A stretch of 64,000 nt of DNA, from positions 124,001 through 188,000 of the forward strand of contig JBEUKZ010000107.1 of the NCBI GenBank assembly GCA_048128005.1, read 5' to 3'. Positions 1-13,392 of this stretch are shown here, in pieces. The notes beneath the pieces were generated by a model. The model was not told the DNA's origin and searched no databases. It saw nothing but the letters and a program-made list of their open reading frames with translations. How positions within the stretch are numbered: the first letter of the stretch is position 1; every line of letters starts with the position of its first letter. This stretch comes from Veleropilina oligotropha (taxonomy: Eukaryota). The translations under genes and the position numbers were made by a program.

Positions 1-693
1 CAAAATTGTACGCTCAAAATTGGTATTTAATAACATTTATGATTTAATACTTGAAAATTTTTTGTGATAATTATTAATCATAATGTAGTATAAAAGATTC
101 ATCTTTCAAGAATTGTGAACCCAAATACGCATAGCCATTAATGAGAGACAGAAATGTCTTTTAACCAACATTTTGTTAGATTGTTACATTAAATAATATA
201 AATATATTAAATATATAAATTTATTATATACTATATAAATAAACGCACTCTCATTGGCCAAATCCTATACACGTGACTAGTCCATAAATATCATATTGAC
301 CATTTTTTTGGTCAATATGAAAGAAATTGGTGAATATGAACTTTCCGGAACGCCCCTTTGTATGTCGATTTTCATTGAATTGCACGTGCGACTGGAGCTG
401 ATGTCAGTTGCAGACGACCACAATTGTTGACACATTTGAAACGACGGTTCGTTTAGCTTAATTTTCTGATGATTAAACACATTGACATACTGCGATATAT
501 TGTTTATTTTTATGTTAATGTGCATTTCATTACTATTTTATTGTTAAATAATTGCCAATTGTTTTGGAAAATCGCATTTTGAACTTTGCAAACTATAGTT
601 TAGTGTGGTATATATCTTGTTGACATAATGGAACTTTTAATTGACAATTACATTTATAGAACAGATATGTTTGCGGTTGAAGTATATAATAAA

Positions 694-837
694 ACAGTTA
701 TGGACTTTTTTGGTGGTGAATATGATGTGATATGAACCTAAAAAACTTATATTGACCTCGGCTATTGCCTCGGTCAATATAAGTTTTTTTTAGGTTCATA
801 TCACATCATATTCACCACCACAAAAGTCCATAACTGT
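694..837. repeat. Long near-perfect inverted repeat (about 64-bp arms) around a TCGGCTATTGCCTC centre; possibly the end of a non-autonomous Crypton-like element starting near 230
   Basis: 694-757 (acagttatggac...tattgacc) is the reverse complement of 772-837 (ggtcaata...gtccataactgt) apart from a few differences. The family assignment is only from recalled resemblance. Confidence 0.75.
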
Positions 838-2324
838 ATAATGTCTACATTAAAATTTGAATTTGAATTTTTTAAGATGATCATATTTGCTCTGGATGTC
901 TTGTTGGCAGATGCTTATTTCATGTTCCTTTGTTTTTGAAACGATAGAATTATTGATCATGTAGAAAACATAGCTTTCACTGGTTACATTTTTCATGGGT
1001 CATTACGGCTAAGGTCGTTGTCATGACAACAAGAAAAGCATGACTGGAATGCTGATACAAAGGGACAATTGATATAACGTGATTAGCATACATGCTTGTC
1101 ATACACACTGCTTCTTGCTGATCACTATATTGATTTCTTATCATTTACTTTTTCTTCATAATATTTTGTACTAATTTATTGCAGCTGATTGGATAATGAG
1201 ACGTAATCTTCTTCTATGTTTTTGGACCAGACTTCTTGTCAAGTTGTCACGCAATTTGTAATTTTCATAGCATAACACCGGCAATATATTATGTCATTTC
1301 TGGGTTTTGTCCTTGATTCAATTACTGATAAAGTTCTATAATACAACACAGGAGCAATGAATTCTCCCAAGCACTGTCCAAGAAATATGTACCCTGTGAG
1401 ATGATATAAGGTGAGATATATTTGCTTCCTATTGTCAGAATAATGCAGTCACCATCTGTTTAAGAGTTCTGCATTGCGAGATGCTGGCAGATTTTAACCA
1501 AATTGCTGTGACATCAATATAATTACATGACCTGAAACATCTCGCCCTGGATCATTCCAACAGCTATCAGCAAGGATAGGCTATTTTACTTTGAATTATT
1601 AACTGCAGGAATCTCACTATAGCCTCTTATCAGATGCGAGGTAATTGTAAGTACATGTATATCCTGAAAATTAGAGATGGTCTGATGAGTGTATTGTATT
1701 TACAAAGCAGACAGCTTTTTATCCATTGTTCGACTGCACTGTTGTTGCTGCAATGATGTTATTCAATGACATGGATCTGATCTGAATGTGTTATTGCCTG
1801 GAGGGTATAAGTTACTATAACACCTAGACAAGTATCGTGTTGCTGACCCAGGTAACGGGAAAATTAATAGCCGACGAAGACAATTGTAAGCCTACAAATT
1901 ACAGGTACATGCACTCTTAAATATAATCAATATATCAGGTATACCATGGTGGTTAATTATGGAATCATTAATTAAACTATGACAAGGTTTTATTTTATGT
2001 ACAAATTATAGACGCTTTTTTATTGAAAAATACATGTACCTGTAAATAATGGTATTGAGCAATATTTCGTAGATAAATGTCAATAAACAATGATAGATAA
2101 TTAACAGCTTGACAAAGTATTTAATTCCTTTGTTAACAGTAATAAGATGTGTCTTTATAATGTATGAATGTTTATTCTTGGATATGCAATGTGCTCATGC
2201 TCTTTACGGAACACACCTGGACGATTACAATAAATGACAGTGACATACTGTACCCACTATAAATGCATAATGACATGTTGTGTATCAATCATCAGGGCTA
2301 TCTCTGATTCTTCTGTTGCCGACA

Positions 2325-2845
2325 ATCCAACAACTATCACGTAACTGCATATCCAACAACTATCACATAACAGCATAACCGCAGATATATCCAACAACTA
2401 TCACATAACCGCAGATCCAACAACTATCACGTAACTGCATATCCAACAACTATCACATAACCGCAGATCCAACAACTATCGCATAACCGCAGATCCAACA
2501 ACTAAATTGCATAACCGCATATCGAACAACTATCGCAGAACTGCAGATCCAACAACTATCGCATAACCGCAGATCCAACTACTATCGCATAACCGCAGAT
2601 CCAGCAAATATCGCATATTAAACCGCAGATCCAACTACTATCGCATAACCGCTGATCCAACAACTATCGCATATTCGCTGATCCAACAACTATCGCATAT
2701 TCGCAGATCCAGCAATTATCGCATATTAAAATGCAGATCCAACAACTATCGCATAACCGCAGATCCAACAACTATCGCATAACCGCAGATCCAGCAATTA
2801 TTGCATATTAAAACGCAGATCCAACTACTATCGCATAACAGCAGT
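2325..2845. repeat. Minisatellite, about 26-bp unit ATCCAACAACTATCGCATAACCGCAG
   Basis: Directly visible tandem repeat with minor indels. Confidence 0.9.
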
Positions 2846-3113
2846 TCAACATAACCATATCTCAACTGCAAAGCAGACATACATTGCTTAATATTCCTAT
2901 TCGACTGCAAATTTATTCCTAGATATAAAATATCTTTAACAATTTTGTTAAATTAATACCTCTCAGCCAATCAGAAACTGTGTAAACAAGGCAATGGATA
3001 ATTATTAAGTGCACAGTTTTACATATTAAATGGATAATTTTAACTTTATCGACCCACTAATTGCCAACAGCCTATTGTTACATGTGTATTATAGACCAGT
3101 GATCAACTCACCA

Positions 3114-4033
3114 TTTTTGGCCCGCCTGTTAGGCAGGGCAATAGTCGTGAACTGGCGTCCGTCGGTGTCCGTTGATCGATTTCTGTCACATAGAAGACGA
3201 ACCGCTGGACCTACACCTTATATACCATCAGACCTTGCCTAATTTCAAAGATAGGGTCAAAGGTCATAGTCATTTTCGTGTATCTCCGTTCTGGACTTGA
3301 AGATTGATTTCTGTCAGATAGAAGACGAACCGGTGGACCTATGCTTTTCATATTTGGTATACACCTTGTATACCATCACATTCAGGCCTTGCCTAAGTTC
3401 AAATATGGGATCCTAGGTAAAGGTCGTTTTCGTGTATTTCAAATCTGGACTTGAAAATTGCTTTCAGTCAAATAGAAGATGAACCTCTGGACCTATGCTT
3501 TTCATATTTGGTATACACCTTGTATACCATCAGGCCTTGCCTAAGTTCAAAGATGGGGTCAAAGGTCAAGGTCGTTTTCATGTATTTCTAATCTGGACTT
3601 CAAGATTGCTTTCTGTCAAATAGAAGACGAACCGCTGGACCTACGCTTTTCATATTAATTTTGTTATACACCTTGTATACCATCACGTCTTGCATAAGTT
3701 CAAAGTTGGGGTCACTGGGTCAAAGGTCAAGGTCATTTTCATGTATTTCCATTCTGGACTTGCAAGATTCCTTTCTGGCACATAGAAGACGAACCACTAG
3801 ACCTGCTTATTTCATATTTGGTATGCACCTTGTGTACCATCAGGCTTTGTTCAAGTTCAAAGATGGGGTCATTGGGTCAAAGGTAACGGTCTTAGCTAGC
3901 TATGAACTAGTGTAAAATATATACCTTCTGACAGTTACTATGAAATTTATTATAGAGTTCAGTTTCGGATTATTTAATCTCTATGGATGTTTATATAAAA
4001 AAGGCGGGCCAGTATGAGGAGCATACCTCTAGT
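3114..4033 (+). mobile_element. HINE/pearl-like (Helentron-associated) non-autonomous element with internal ~120-bp tandem repeats
   Basis: T-run then subterminal IR TGGCCCGCC (3118-) matching GGCGGGCCA (4003-); CGTC-type microsatellite near the 5' end; about six ~120-bp units; 3' hairpin GAGG-AGCATA-CCTC followed by TAGT. Confidence 0.75.
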
Positions 4034-5013
4034 ATTGATGTGTAATTAATATTGCTAATTTGTCCTGCTGCAATTGATATGTCTGTATCTATACCACTAG
4101 AGGCTGCTATTATATGTACAGGTGTATGCGCGCATATGCTTAGTTTTTTTCAGCGAATTATTAGCGATATCTGTGTCAGACAAGCATGTTCCTGCTGTAA
4201 ATCTGTTTGCATCCAGGGCCATAACATAGCTCTCCTAATGACATCAGGTGAGGACTAATGGCCGATAATCATCAATAATTCAGTACCTTGCATTACTGGT
4301 AGTCACCACTTAGGAGAAGGGTAAAGGACCTGTACAGATTATGTTGTCTGCTACAGTCTGATAACGATGCTAATTACGCTGTACTGTGTAGACAGTCGCC
4401 CACCTGGGATTAGTGTAGCTGTGGATGATAATCGTTGAGGTGAAAACACGAGACAACCCACTGTCAGATTACCATTTAGCAGACCATGTAGTATGAAAAG
4501 TTAATAACTTGAGTCGTAATCTGCAGACATTTGTTCGAAAAAAGTGTTTCTGTAGAATAATATGTTATTAACAAATGGATTCAGACTCAAATATAAATAT
4601 TTTTGCATTAGATTAATGCTATAGTCCTGAACGACTTAGATACATCACATTTTTTCGAATATTCAAACACGGTTCACTTTGGTTTTCCTATGTTACCTCA
4701 CAACGAAGATGTGGCCAGTGGGTGGGTACGCATTGCAATTACATGTACATTAAATTAGGTAACAGCCAAATATTGCTTTGGAGGTACGATGACAGAAAGA
4801 AACTTTGTTAATTATCTCCTACCATCATCCTGAGGTCAAATGACGGGGCCCATTTGTAAAATCTGAATTTTTTTCTCCTCGTAGGCCAAGAAAAAAAAAT
4901 TGCATTTGAGCCTTTTGGGCCAGACAGAGCCTTAAAATAGCCCAGATGAATATCAAATTGCTTGTTATGTTTATTTGTATAGCTTCATAAAAATGATATA
5001 CAAGTTTACTTAC

Positions 5014-5383
5014 TGCGGTTGACATGGTTTATACTGGCAGTTGACATGGTTTATACTGGCTGTTGACATGGTTTATACTGGCTGTTGACATGGTTTATAC
5101 TGGCGGTTGACATGGTTTATACTGGCAGTTGACATGGTTTATACTGGCAGTTGACATGGTTTATACTGGCGGTTGACATGGTTTATACTGGCAGTTGACA
5201 TGGTTTATACTGGCTGTTGACATGGTTTATACTGGCAGTTGACATGGTTTATACTGGCTGTTGACATGGTTTATACTGGCGGTTGACATGGTTTATACTG
5301 GCAGTTGACATGGTTTATACTGGCAGTTGACATGGTTTATACTGGCGGTTGACATGGTTTATACTGGCGGTTGACATGGTTTA
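5014..5383. repeat. Minisatellite, 22-bp unit GTTGACATGGTTTATACTGGC(A/G/T)
   Basis: About 17 nearly identical tandem copies. Confidence 0.95.
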
Positions 5384-8300
5384 ATGGACCATTAAAACTA
5401 ATAGAAATAAAGGCTTGAAACCCATTATGCATCCTTGAAAAGGAAACACAATTGAAAAATTGATTCCAATAAAAATAAAAATGCAGATTGTTTACAAAAT
5501 AAAAATGCAGATTAATTGTTAACAGTACTTTATATAGACCAAGATCACGGAGATGTCTTGAGCACTGTTAGGAAGTTGACATGTGTAAATGAGACGCCTA
5601 TTCCATATTACCCCTTCCGATGATAAAATTATTGACTATGTAACCCAAAACATCAAAGATACTGATGAATGGTGGTTTAAAAATGGAATGCTATTTAATA
5701 TGGTGAAGGGAATATGAATATTCTTAGTCATTTATACATTTACCCTGGAAATTATACCAAATTTTTTATATTGTATAGATGGCAGCACGTGTCGAGGCCT
5801 GAATAAACTGATAATTGCAATATAAAATTGCTGTTAATAAAGCCAGATCTGCGCCATCTGTATTCTGTTACCGGAGAAAACATGAAGTCTATTGATTGAT
5901 CGTTGAAAACGTAGACAGATTATAACAATATTGCCTGGATTATTATTTTCATTTCTCAACCCGTGACTTGATTGTATGATTTAACTGATGTCACATGGAG
6001 TTTGATATAATGGCCGTGATACACTCGATATCAACTTGTTTAACTGCTCTTCGTCTGCTATGTACAATGTGTCACGAGTTCTTTATGGGACCTCGTTGAA
6101 GGAGAATATCAACTGGTTTCATGTGGTAATCTTCTTTTGGTCATATATTACATATTGTATAAGTTATGCATGCATGACAAATTTTTTTCGTCAGCTTTAC
6201 AAATATCCAGCTTAGTATTTTGCACTTTACCTTAAGGTTTTCCTTCATTGTCTAATTTAACACCATTTATCTTGTTTGCTTTGAAAATTGTCAAAACTCG
6301 TGATCACAGGATAGACATCCCTATCAAACTCCTGGATGTATACATAATATAATGTTAATAATCAAAATTAGAAATGCTGATTTAATGTTTTGAATGTTTA
6401 TTCAAAAGTATTAGGTACAAAGTAAATACATGAACAAAGTGTTTGAGTAAAATGACACTGAAGCCAAGCTACATACTACAATACATGTATATAATGCAAT
6501 ATCGTGGTCTTTTTTATTATAGGTTGAAGCATGTTTCAACAAATGACTTCTATTCACATACTATTATTTTGGTAGAAGAAGCGGCACAGAGGTACTGTAC
6601 CATAAGCTGCTAACTCTAAGATTTGCTAAAATCAGGAACAAACAAACAAAAGACGATGATCAGATGTATGTTTGCCTCAAAACGAAAAGCCTTGAATTGC
6701 AATATAGTGGGGAGTTAATATTCTATAATAAAAACATCGAACGATAGCTCGCAAATGGAACATTGTTTGAACGTCCAATTATGTTGAAAATATTCTAGAA
6801 TGAGTATAATTGGTGTGCAATTATATTGCCGCCTGCTATTTGCTCAAACATGACAAACCTTGGCACATCTGTCATGATTCCGGCGAGTTCCTCACAATTA
6901 ATTATTAATACGACAAATATGCACACTATAAAGTTAAATATATAACATGCAATTCATATAGAACAATTTATTTGTCCTTCGAAGTTTTCAAGTATCGCTG
7001 CTGATATAAAAGAAAGTTGCATCGTTTAAAGATTTTACGACAATTTACTATTACCAGTTTCTGCTTTCTAGTAATTACATTCCAATAATGAGCATTCTAT
7101 CATCTTCGTTGAGGTTAGTTTTGCATTTTCATTATTTTAAATTGATCTCCCCAAATGTTTGCTGTGTTCTGATTGCATTTTATATTTTGACATGGACAAG
7201 TCGGTGATTCAAGCTGGTATTCACACGGGATCGTATCAAAAGTCAGATGCTATCAAAAACATCCCAAACAGAGCATGGATTGTTTGTCATGTCACTGATT
7301 AATAACTCAAACTGTTAATATCTCCTGGGAATCTTTGTTTTAAAGTTATTTAATATTTGAGATTTTTATATAATGTTTGTTACTATAGTTTTTACATGTT
7401 TACTCAATTATATAAATTTAATATGATCCCTAGTTTGCAAGTGTGTAGTTGTATGTATAGTAATCTTACGGATTCTAGTAGCATGCTTGTCTTTTTGGAT
7501 GTTGGTTTCCTGGCTCCTCTTGTGTCATTAACTTTTCATGCAATTTTTTGTGGTAAATTTTACTACTTGCATACTAAGTATATAGGTATGGGACGCATTC
7601 TGCCAATATCAATCTATCGAGCCTTAGTAACGTCCAAAAGTCAAACAGACATATCCAAATCTTGGACAAACAAGCAGACAGACAGGTCCAAACTATTGGA
7701 CAGTTAGACACATCCAAAATATTGGACAGATGGACATCCAAAGTCTTGTGCAAACAAACAAATCAGCAGACACAAAATTGTGTGGTGCTTTGCAATTAGA
7801 AATACATTTTTCCCACAATACTTTTCCATATAATGATAGGGACTATTATTAATGGTCATGTGATTCTTTCCTTACACAACCACTGTCTTGAAATTTTTTG
7901 TGCTTTCTATTTTCGCTAGCATTAAACATTGAAACTGTGCAAGTCACTAATTATACAGTGCGCATGATCTTTCATGTATTGTTACGTGATTGCTGGCTAT
8001 AGATTCTTGGCGCAGGTGCACTGGTTGCGCAGTTCTGTCATTTTGCACATCAATTATTCATATGAAAACACATTCTGCCGTCTGCTTCCTCCACCTTCAT
8101 TGATTCTTGGAAAGTGATTTACGAATCAGTAGATTTTTTCAACAATTTAACAATTAATCTGTCTTCCCTGTAATCGATTTATTGGATAAAAGCAAGCAAC
8201 GATTCCAAATTTAAGTGTAGTTCATATTTACCTGGCATCTGGAATAGCTCATTTAACTAAACAATGTATGATTTAACTGGATTCGTGTAAAGCAGATTAT

Positions 8301-8390
8301 ATCAGAAGAATTAAATCAAGATATAAGTGGACCATTATATTGTTTTCATTTTATGAAATTATTTAGTTTGGTTTGAATCGATGCTTGCTC

Positions 8391-10206
8391 TGTTTATACA
8401 TGTAGCAGCCCTCAGGTCCATACAAGGTGTTTATACATGTAGCAGCCCTCAGGTCCATACAAGGTGTTTATACATGTAGCAGCCCTCAGGTCCATACAAG
8501 GTGTTTATACATGTAGCAGCCTTCAGGTCCATACAAGGTGTTTATACATGTAGCAGCCCTCAGGTCCATACAAGGTGTTTATACATGTAGCAGCCATCAG
8601 GTCCATACAAGGTGTTTATACATGTAGCAGCCCTCAGGTCCATACAAGGTGTTTATACATGTAGCAGCCCTCAGGTCCATACAAGGTGTTTATACATGTA
8701 GCAGCCCTCAGGTCCATACAAGGTGTTTATACATGTAGCAGCCTTCAGGTCCATACAAGGTGTTTATACATGTAGCAGCCTTCAGGTCCATACAAGGTGT
8801 TTATACATGTAGCAGCCCTCGGGTCCATACAAGGTGTTTATACATGTAGCAGCCCTCAGGTCCATACAAGGTGTTTATACATGTAGCAGCCCTCAGGTCC
8901 ATACAAGGTGTTTATACATGTAGCAGCCCTCAGGTCCATACAAGGTGTTTATACATGTAGCAGCCTTCAGGTCCATACAAGGTGTTTATACATGTAGCAG
9001 CCTTCAGGTCCATACAAGGTGTTTATACATGTAGCAGCCCTCAGGTCCATACAAGGTGTTTATACATGTAGCAGCCCTCAGGTCCATACAAGGTGTTTAT
9101 ACATGTAGCAGCCTTCAGGTCCATACAAGGTGTTTATACATGTAGCAGCCTCCAGGTTCATACAAGGTGTTTATACATGTAGCAGCCCTCAGGTCCATAC
9201 ATGGTGTTTATACATGTAGCAGCCCTCAGGTCCATACAAGGTGTTTATACATGTATCAGCCTTCAGGTCCATACAAGGTGTTTATACATGTAGCAGCCTT
9301 CAGGTTCATACAAGGTGTTTATACATGTAGCAGCCCTCGGGTCCATACAAGGTGTTTATACATGTAGCAGCCCTCGGGTCCATACAAGGTGTTTATACAT
9401 GTAGCAGCCCTCGGGTCCATACATGGTGTTTATACATGTAGCAGCCTCCAGGTCCATACAAGGTGTTTATACATGTAGCAGCTCTCAGGTCCATACAAGG
9501 TGTTTATACATGTAGCAGCCCCCAGGTCCATACAAGGTGTTTATACATGTAGCAGCCCTCAGGTCCATACAACGTGTTTATACATGTAGCAGCCCTCAGG
9601 TCCATACAAGGTGTTTATACATGTAGCAGCCCTCAGGTCCATACAAGGTGTTTATACATGTAGCAGCCCTCAGGTCCATACAAGGTGTTTATACATGTAG
9701 CAGCCCTCAGGTCCATACAAGGTGTTTATACATGTAGCAGCCCCCAGGTCCATACAAGGTGTTTATACATGTAGCAGCCCTCAGGTCCATACAACGTGTT
9801 TATACATGTAGCAGCCCTCAGGTCCATACAAGGTGTTTATACATGTAGCAGCCCTCAGGTCCATACAAGGTGTTTATACATGTAGCAGCCTTCAGGTCCA
9901 CACAAGGTGTTTATACATGTAGCAGCCCTCGGGTCCATATAAGGTGTTTATACATGTAGCAGCCCTCAGGTCCATACAAGGTGTTTATACATGTAGCAGC
10001 CCTCGGGTCCATACAAGGTGTTTATACATGTAGCAGCCTTCAGGTCCACACAAGGTGTTTATACATGTAGCAGCCTTCCGGTCCATATAAGGTGTTTATA
10101 CATGTAGCAGCCCTCAGGTCCATACAAGGTGTTTATACATGTAGCAGCCTTCAGGTCCACACAAGGTGTTTATACATGTAGCAGCCTTCAGGTTCATACA
10201 AGGTGT
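8391..10206. repeat. 37-bp satellite, block 1 (TGTTTATACATGTAGCAGCCYTCAGGTCCATACAAGG)
   Basis: Exact 37-bp period (8391, 8428, ...). Ends mid-unit at ...CAAGGTGT where DIRS-A begins. Confidence 0.98.
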
Positions 10207-10419
10207 ATGTAGTTACAAACATACTTACGTCCTTACTCTTGCCATAATAGTCATATTATCGCCAACCGGAAACAGTGAATAATGTCACATTTATGCACTA
10301 TTAAGCCGAAAACACTACGATTACCTCCCCTGCTCCACCTATCTAAGTTCCCCCGGCGAGATCTCGCCAAGTCTCGCGAGATATCCGAGCTCGAGATCAC
10401 AAGACCTCAATTCAAAGTT
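10207..10419 (+). repeat. DIRS-A left inverted terminal repeat
   Basis: Reverse complement of 22776-22977 with about 3 differences. Confidence 0.93.
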
Positions 10420-11154
10420 TTCCGCCATGACGGCAAAACGTGTTTTGTTGCTCCGCAAATATTTCGAAGTCTAACGATTTATACGTTAAATCGAAGACGC
10501 TAATTCAGCTTATATCATAGTTATAAGTTGTGGAGAGAATATACCCTGTGTTGAGGATATAAAACATCAGTGAATTAGAAGATTTACCAAAAACTTTGAG
10601 GAAGTTGTGTGAAAATCAAGTGAAACCGACATCGCCGCCGTTGCCGAGAAAAGCAAGGGCCGCTCAGAGGGGAAGTTTCGTGTATAGAAGAAATTTCTGG
10701 TCGGTATAATTTATCTGATATTGTTTGAGACTGCAAACAGGTAACTCATTATATTGGATAATTCCTTAACGACGCTTATTGCTGGTAATTATTGTATAAA
10801 TATTTAGCGTCGTTAAAAGGCAGGATTGTTTAGATATCAACTTTAGTTATTCTGATATCCTGCCGTTACTGGGATAATACGCCATTGTACTAATTTAAAA
10901 ACATCCACGAGGTTTTCAGGTGTTTTCCTGGGCGGTTTTTTCTAAGAAAGAACCCCCGTTTGTTTAGTCTATTTGTCGGGTTTATTACCCGGCCTCGGTG
11001 TTCCCAGTTCGGGGTTATTTTTCGGTATATCGCCTGATCTTTGATCTTCAGATTAGGGCAATCTAAAGGTTGTAGTAGTAAAAGTCACAACTACCAAACA
11101 TATACCTTTTTATCTACCCCGTTCCACCCACTACCACCCTCCCGTGTATCAGCT

Positions 11155-13392
11155 ATGGTCCGGTGCAGTAGCTCCGGGTGTAACCAAAGAAGATTCACGG
11201 AATTTGATACGCACACGGAATGCCGTGTTCACCGTAACTGCAGTAAGTTTATAAATGTGAACTGTGCCTAGTTTTAACAGAGAGGCAGTGGGCGGTGTTA
11301 TTTCCACCAGTGAAGCTGACCAGAGCGGTTACCGCGGTGGGTTCTCCCCCGGAGAACGGACAAAATGGTAGGTTAAAGGGAAAATTAACGTTTTTTTGTC
11401 TACTTCAGGGACGCTGGACGACAGTCGACCAAATAAACCGTCTGTCGCCGGATCTACCGGCGAAACCTCCGCGACTCATGGGGGAGTCGCCGAAACCTTG
11501 CCGGGACCCCAGATTCAGGTAGGAGAATAAAAGCCCGAGTACTGTTCGATCCTCCTCAAACGGGCCTAGTAACTGCAGCCAACCATACCTTGCCGGCTAG
11601 CAAGGTATATCTGGCAGTGCGGCGAACCGCTGAACAGGGCAGACAATCCCCTTCCTATTCTTCGGCCTCGAAGAATATGGGGAACGTTAGTCCTTCTGCG
11701 GGAAACTCTCCGTTTAACGACGGAGAGCAACCCAATGAGAAAGCCAATAAAGAGGCCGGACACCATTACGATGGTCTAAGATCCGGACAATTGGCGACGC
11801 CTGAAACCTCGTCCGAGACCGACGCGACTAACCCTCGGGTTTTTCCGCTCAACCTCGGAGCTCACGACTGTTTCAGAGGGCCCGTTCTCTCCCGTGCACC
11901 CCCCGTGGTCACGCTAGATAACGTGGACAGACCGGCTGCGTTCGGGCAGAGGTATTACGGTCACCCGACCGTGCCTCGCTCGAACAGAGTGGTAGACCAG
12001 TACGGACTGTGGCCGCAGTCCTACAGGTCGCTCGGCCCACTGAATGCGCCTTCGGGCCATTCTTTCGGGTACGACCGCTCGACGGGTGACCCGAGACCCT
12101 GGTTCTCGGCTCCACCTGTCCGTGCAGCCCGTCTACCTTGCGCCACCGTGACCTCGACAGAACTACCGGCTGTTAGTTCAACGCCCGTCATGCCTCCGGG
12201 TTTCTCATACGAGAACGTCCAGGCTATGATCGCGGCGGAGTTCGAGTCTCGATGTAAGGCCTGGCAACCGGCTCCCGAGCCGCCCCAGTTCCCTACACCT
12301 CTGCCCGTGGCGCAGAGCACGGCTCCTGCCTCCGTGATGGAGATCGACCCTCGTTCCGACGAGGACCTCGACTCTACTCACTCCGACCTCCCTGAATCGG
12401 TCGGGCCCGAAGACGGTAGTCTTTCAGGCACGCAGGAGCCGACCTCCACCACCCGCCGAAGGCTAGACGCCGTTGCGTCACTTTGCGGGGTGCTTGGCTT
12501 GCCGGAACCGACTCGGTCGGACGTAGGCTCGGTCAAGCACAGGACGGCGGCACATCGGTTTGTTGCGAAGGAAGCCCCCTTGCTTCCTTCCTTACCTCAG
12601 TCTGGGCTTGTTGATCTGGTGGTAGACTCGACAACGAAGCTCATTCAGGGGCGCAATCCGGTGGAGTCCTCCCCATTGACGGAGTTCCCTTCGGGGTTCC
12701 GTAGTGGGAGGTACTTCCGGGCCGGTTCGCGTTCGATCCCGTTCGCATGTACTGGTCCGTGCCTGGCGACTGAGCGGCTCGTGTTGACGCAGCGATGCGT
12801 CGACTGACCGCCAGTCACACTCCCTCTGTAGCGAAAGTTCCTTGGTCCGCCTTGGAAGCTTTCGAGAGCTCCGCCCGACGGGCTCTGCGGCTGTCGTCCG
12901 TTCAGGAGTTTTTCCTAGACGGGGCGATAGCCGTATTACAGGAGGACGGACCTGGCGCCCGTGGGCAGCCCTGTCCTTCCTCCAGGAGGTTGCTGCCGTT
13001 ATGGAGACCAGCGCGTTGAGACGGGACGTGTCCTGGGTAACGCACTCCTACTTCGTAGGGACGCTTACCTTGAAGGCACCTCGCTAGATGAGGCCACCCG
13101 GCGCTCATTGCGATGCGTGCCTTGCTCGGCCCCCACTCTATTTGGCGACAATTTCTCGGAATTCGTCGACAAGAGAGCGGCGGACCGTGCCGTCGAGAAG
13201 GCGATGCTGCACCCCCCCGGGGGTCCACCCGCCGACTCGAGGAAGCGTTCAGGGCCCACCCGGACCCCGAAGCCTTCCAAGCGTGCAAGGCCCTCTTCTG
13301 GTGGTAGGCCCCCGGCCAATAAACCCACTCAGAAGAGGTGAGCACCTCCAACAAAATCCCGTCAGAGCGGGAGAGGGAAGCCTCGGCCCTAG
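11155..13392 (+). pseudogene. DIRS-A gag-like ORF1 (frameshifted; premature TGA at 13339-13341, natural TAG at 13390-13392)
   Basis: N-terminal Cys/His motif MVRCSSSGC...D.H..C..H..C; fragments 11590-12807, 12795-13019 and 12961-13341 are collinear with the DIRS-B gag. Confidence 0.85.

Noticed and set aside
10282..10503. Duplicated small ORF MSHLCTIKPK (also 22670-22912 on the minus strand)
   Set aside because: It lies in the ITRs, diverges by frameshift and is not conserved in DIRS-B.
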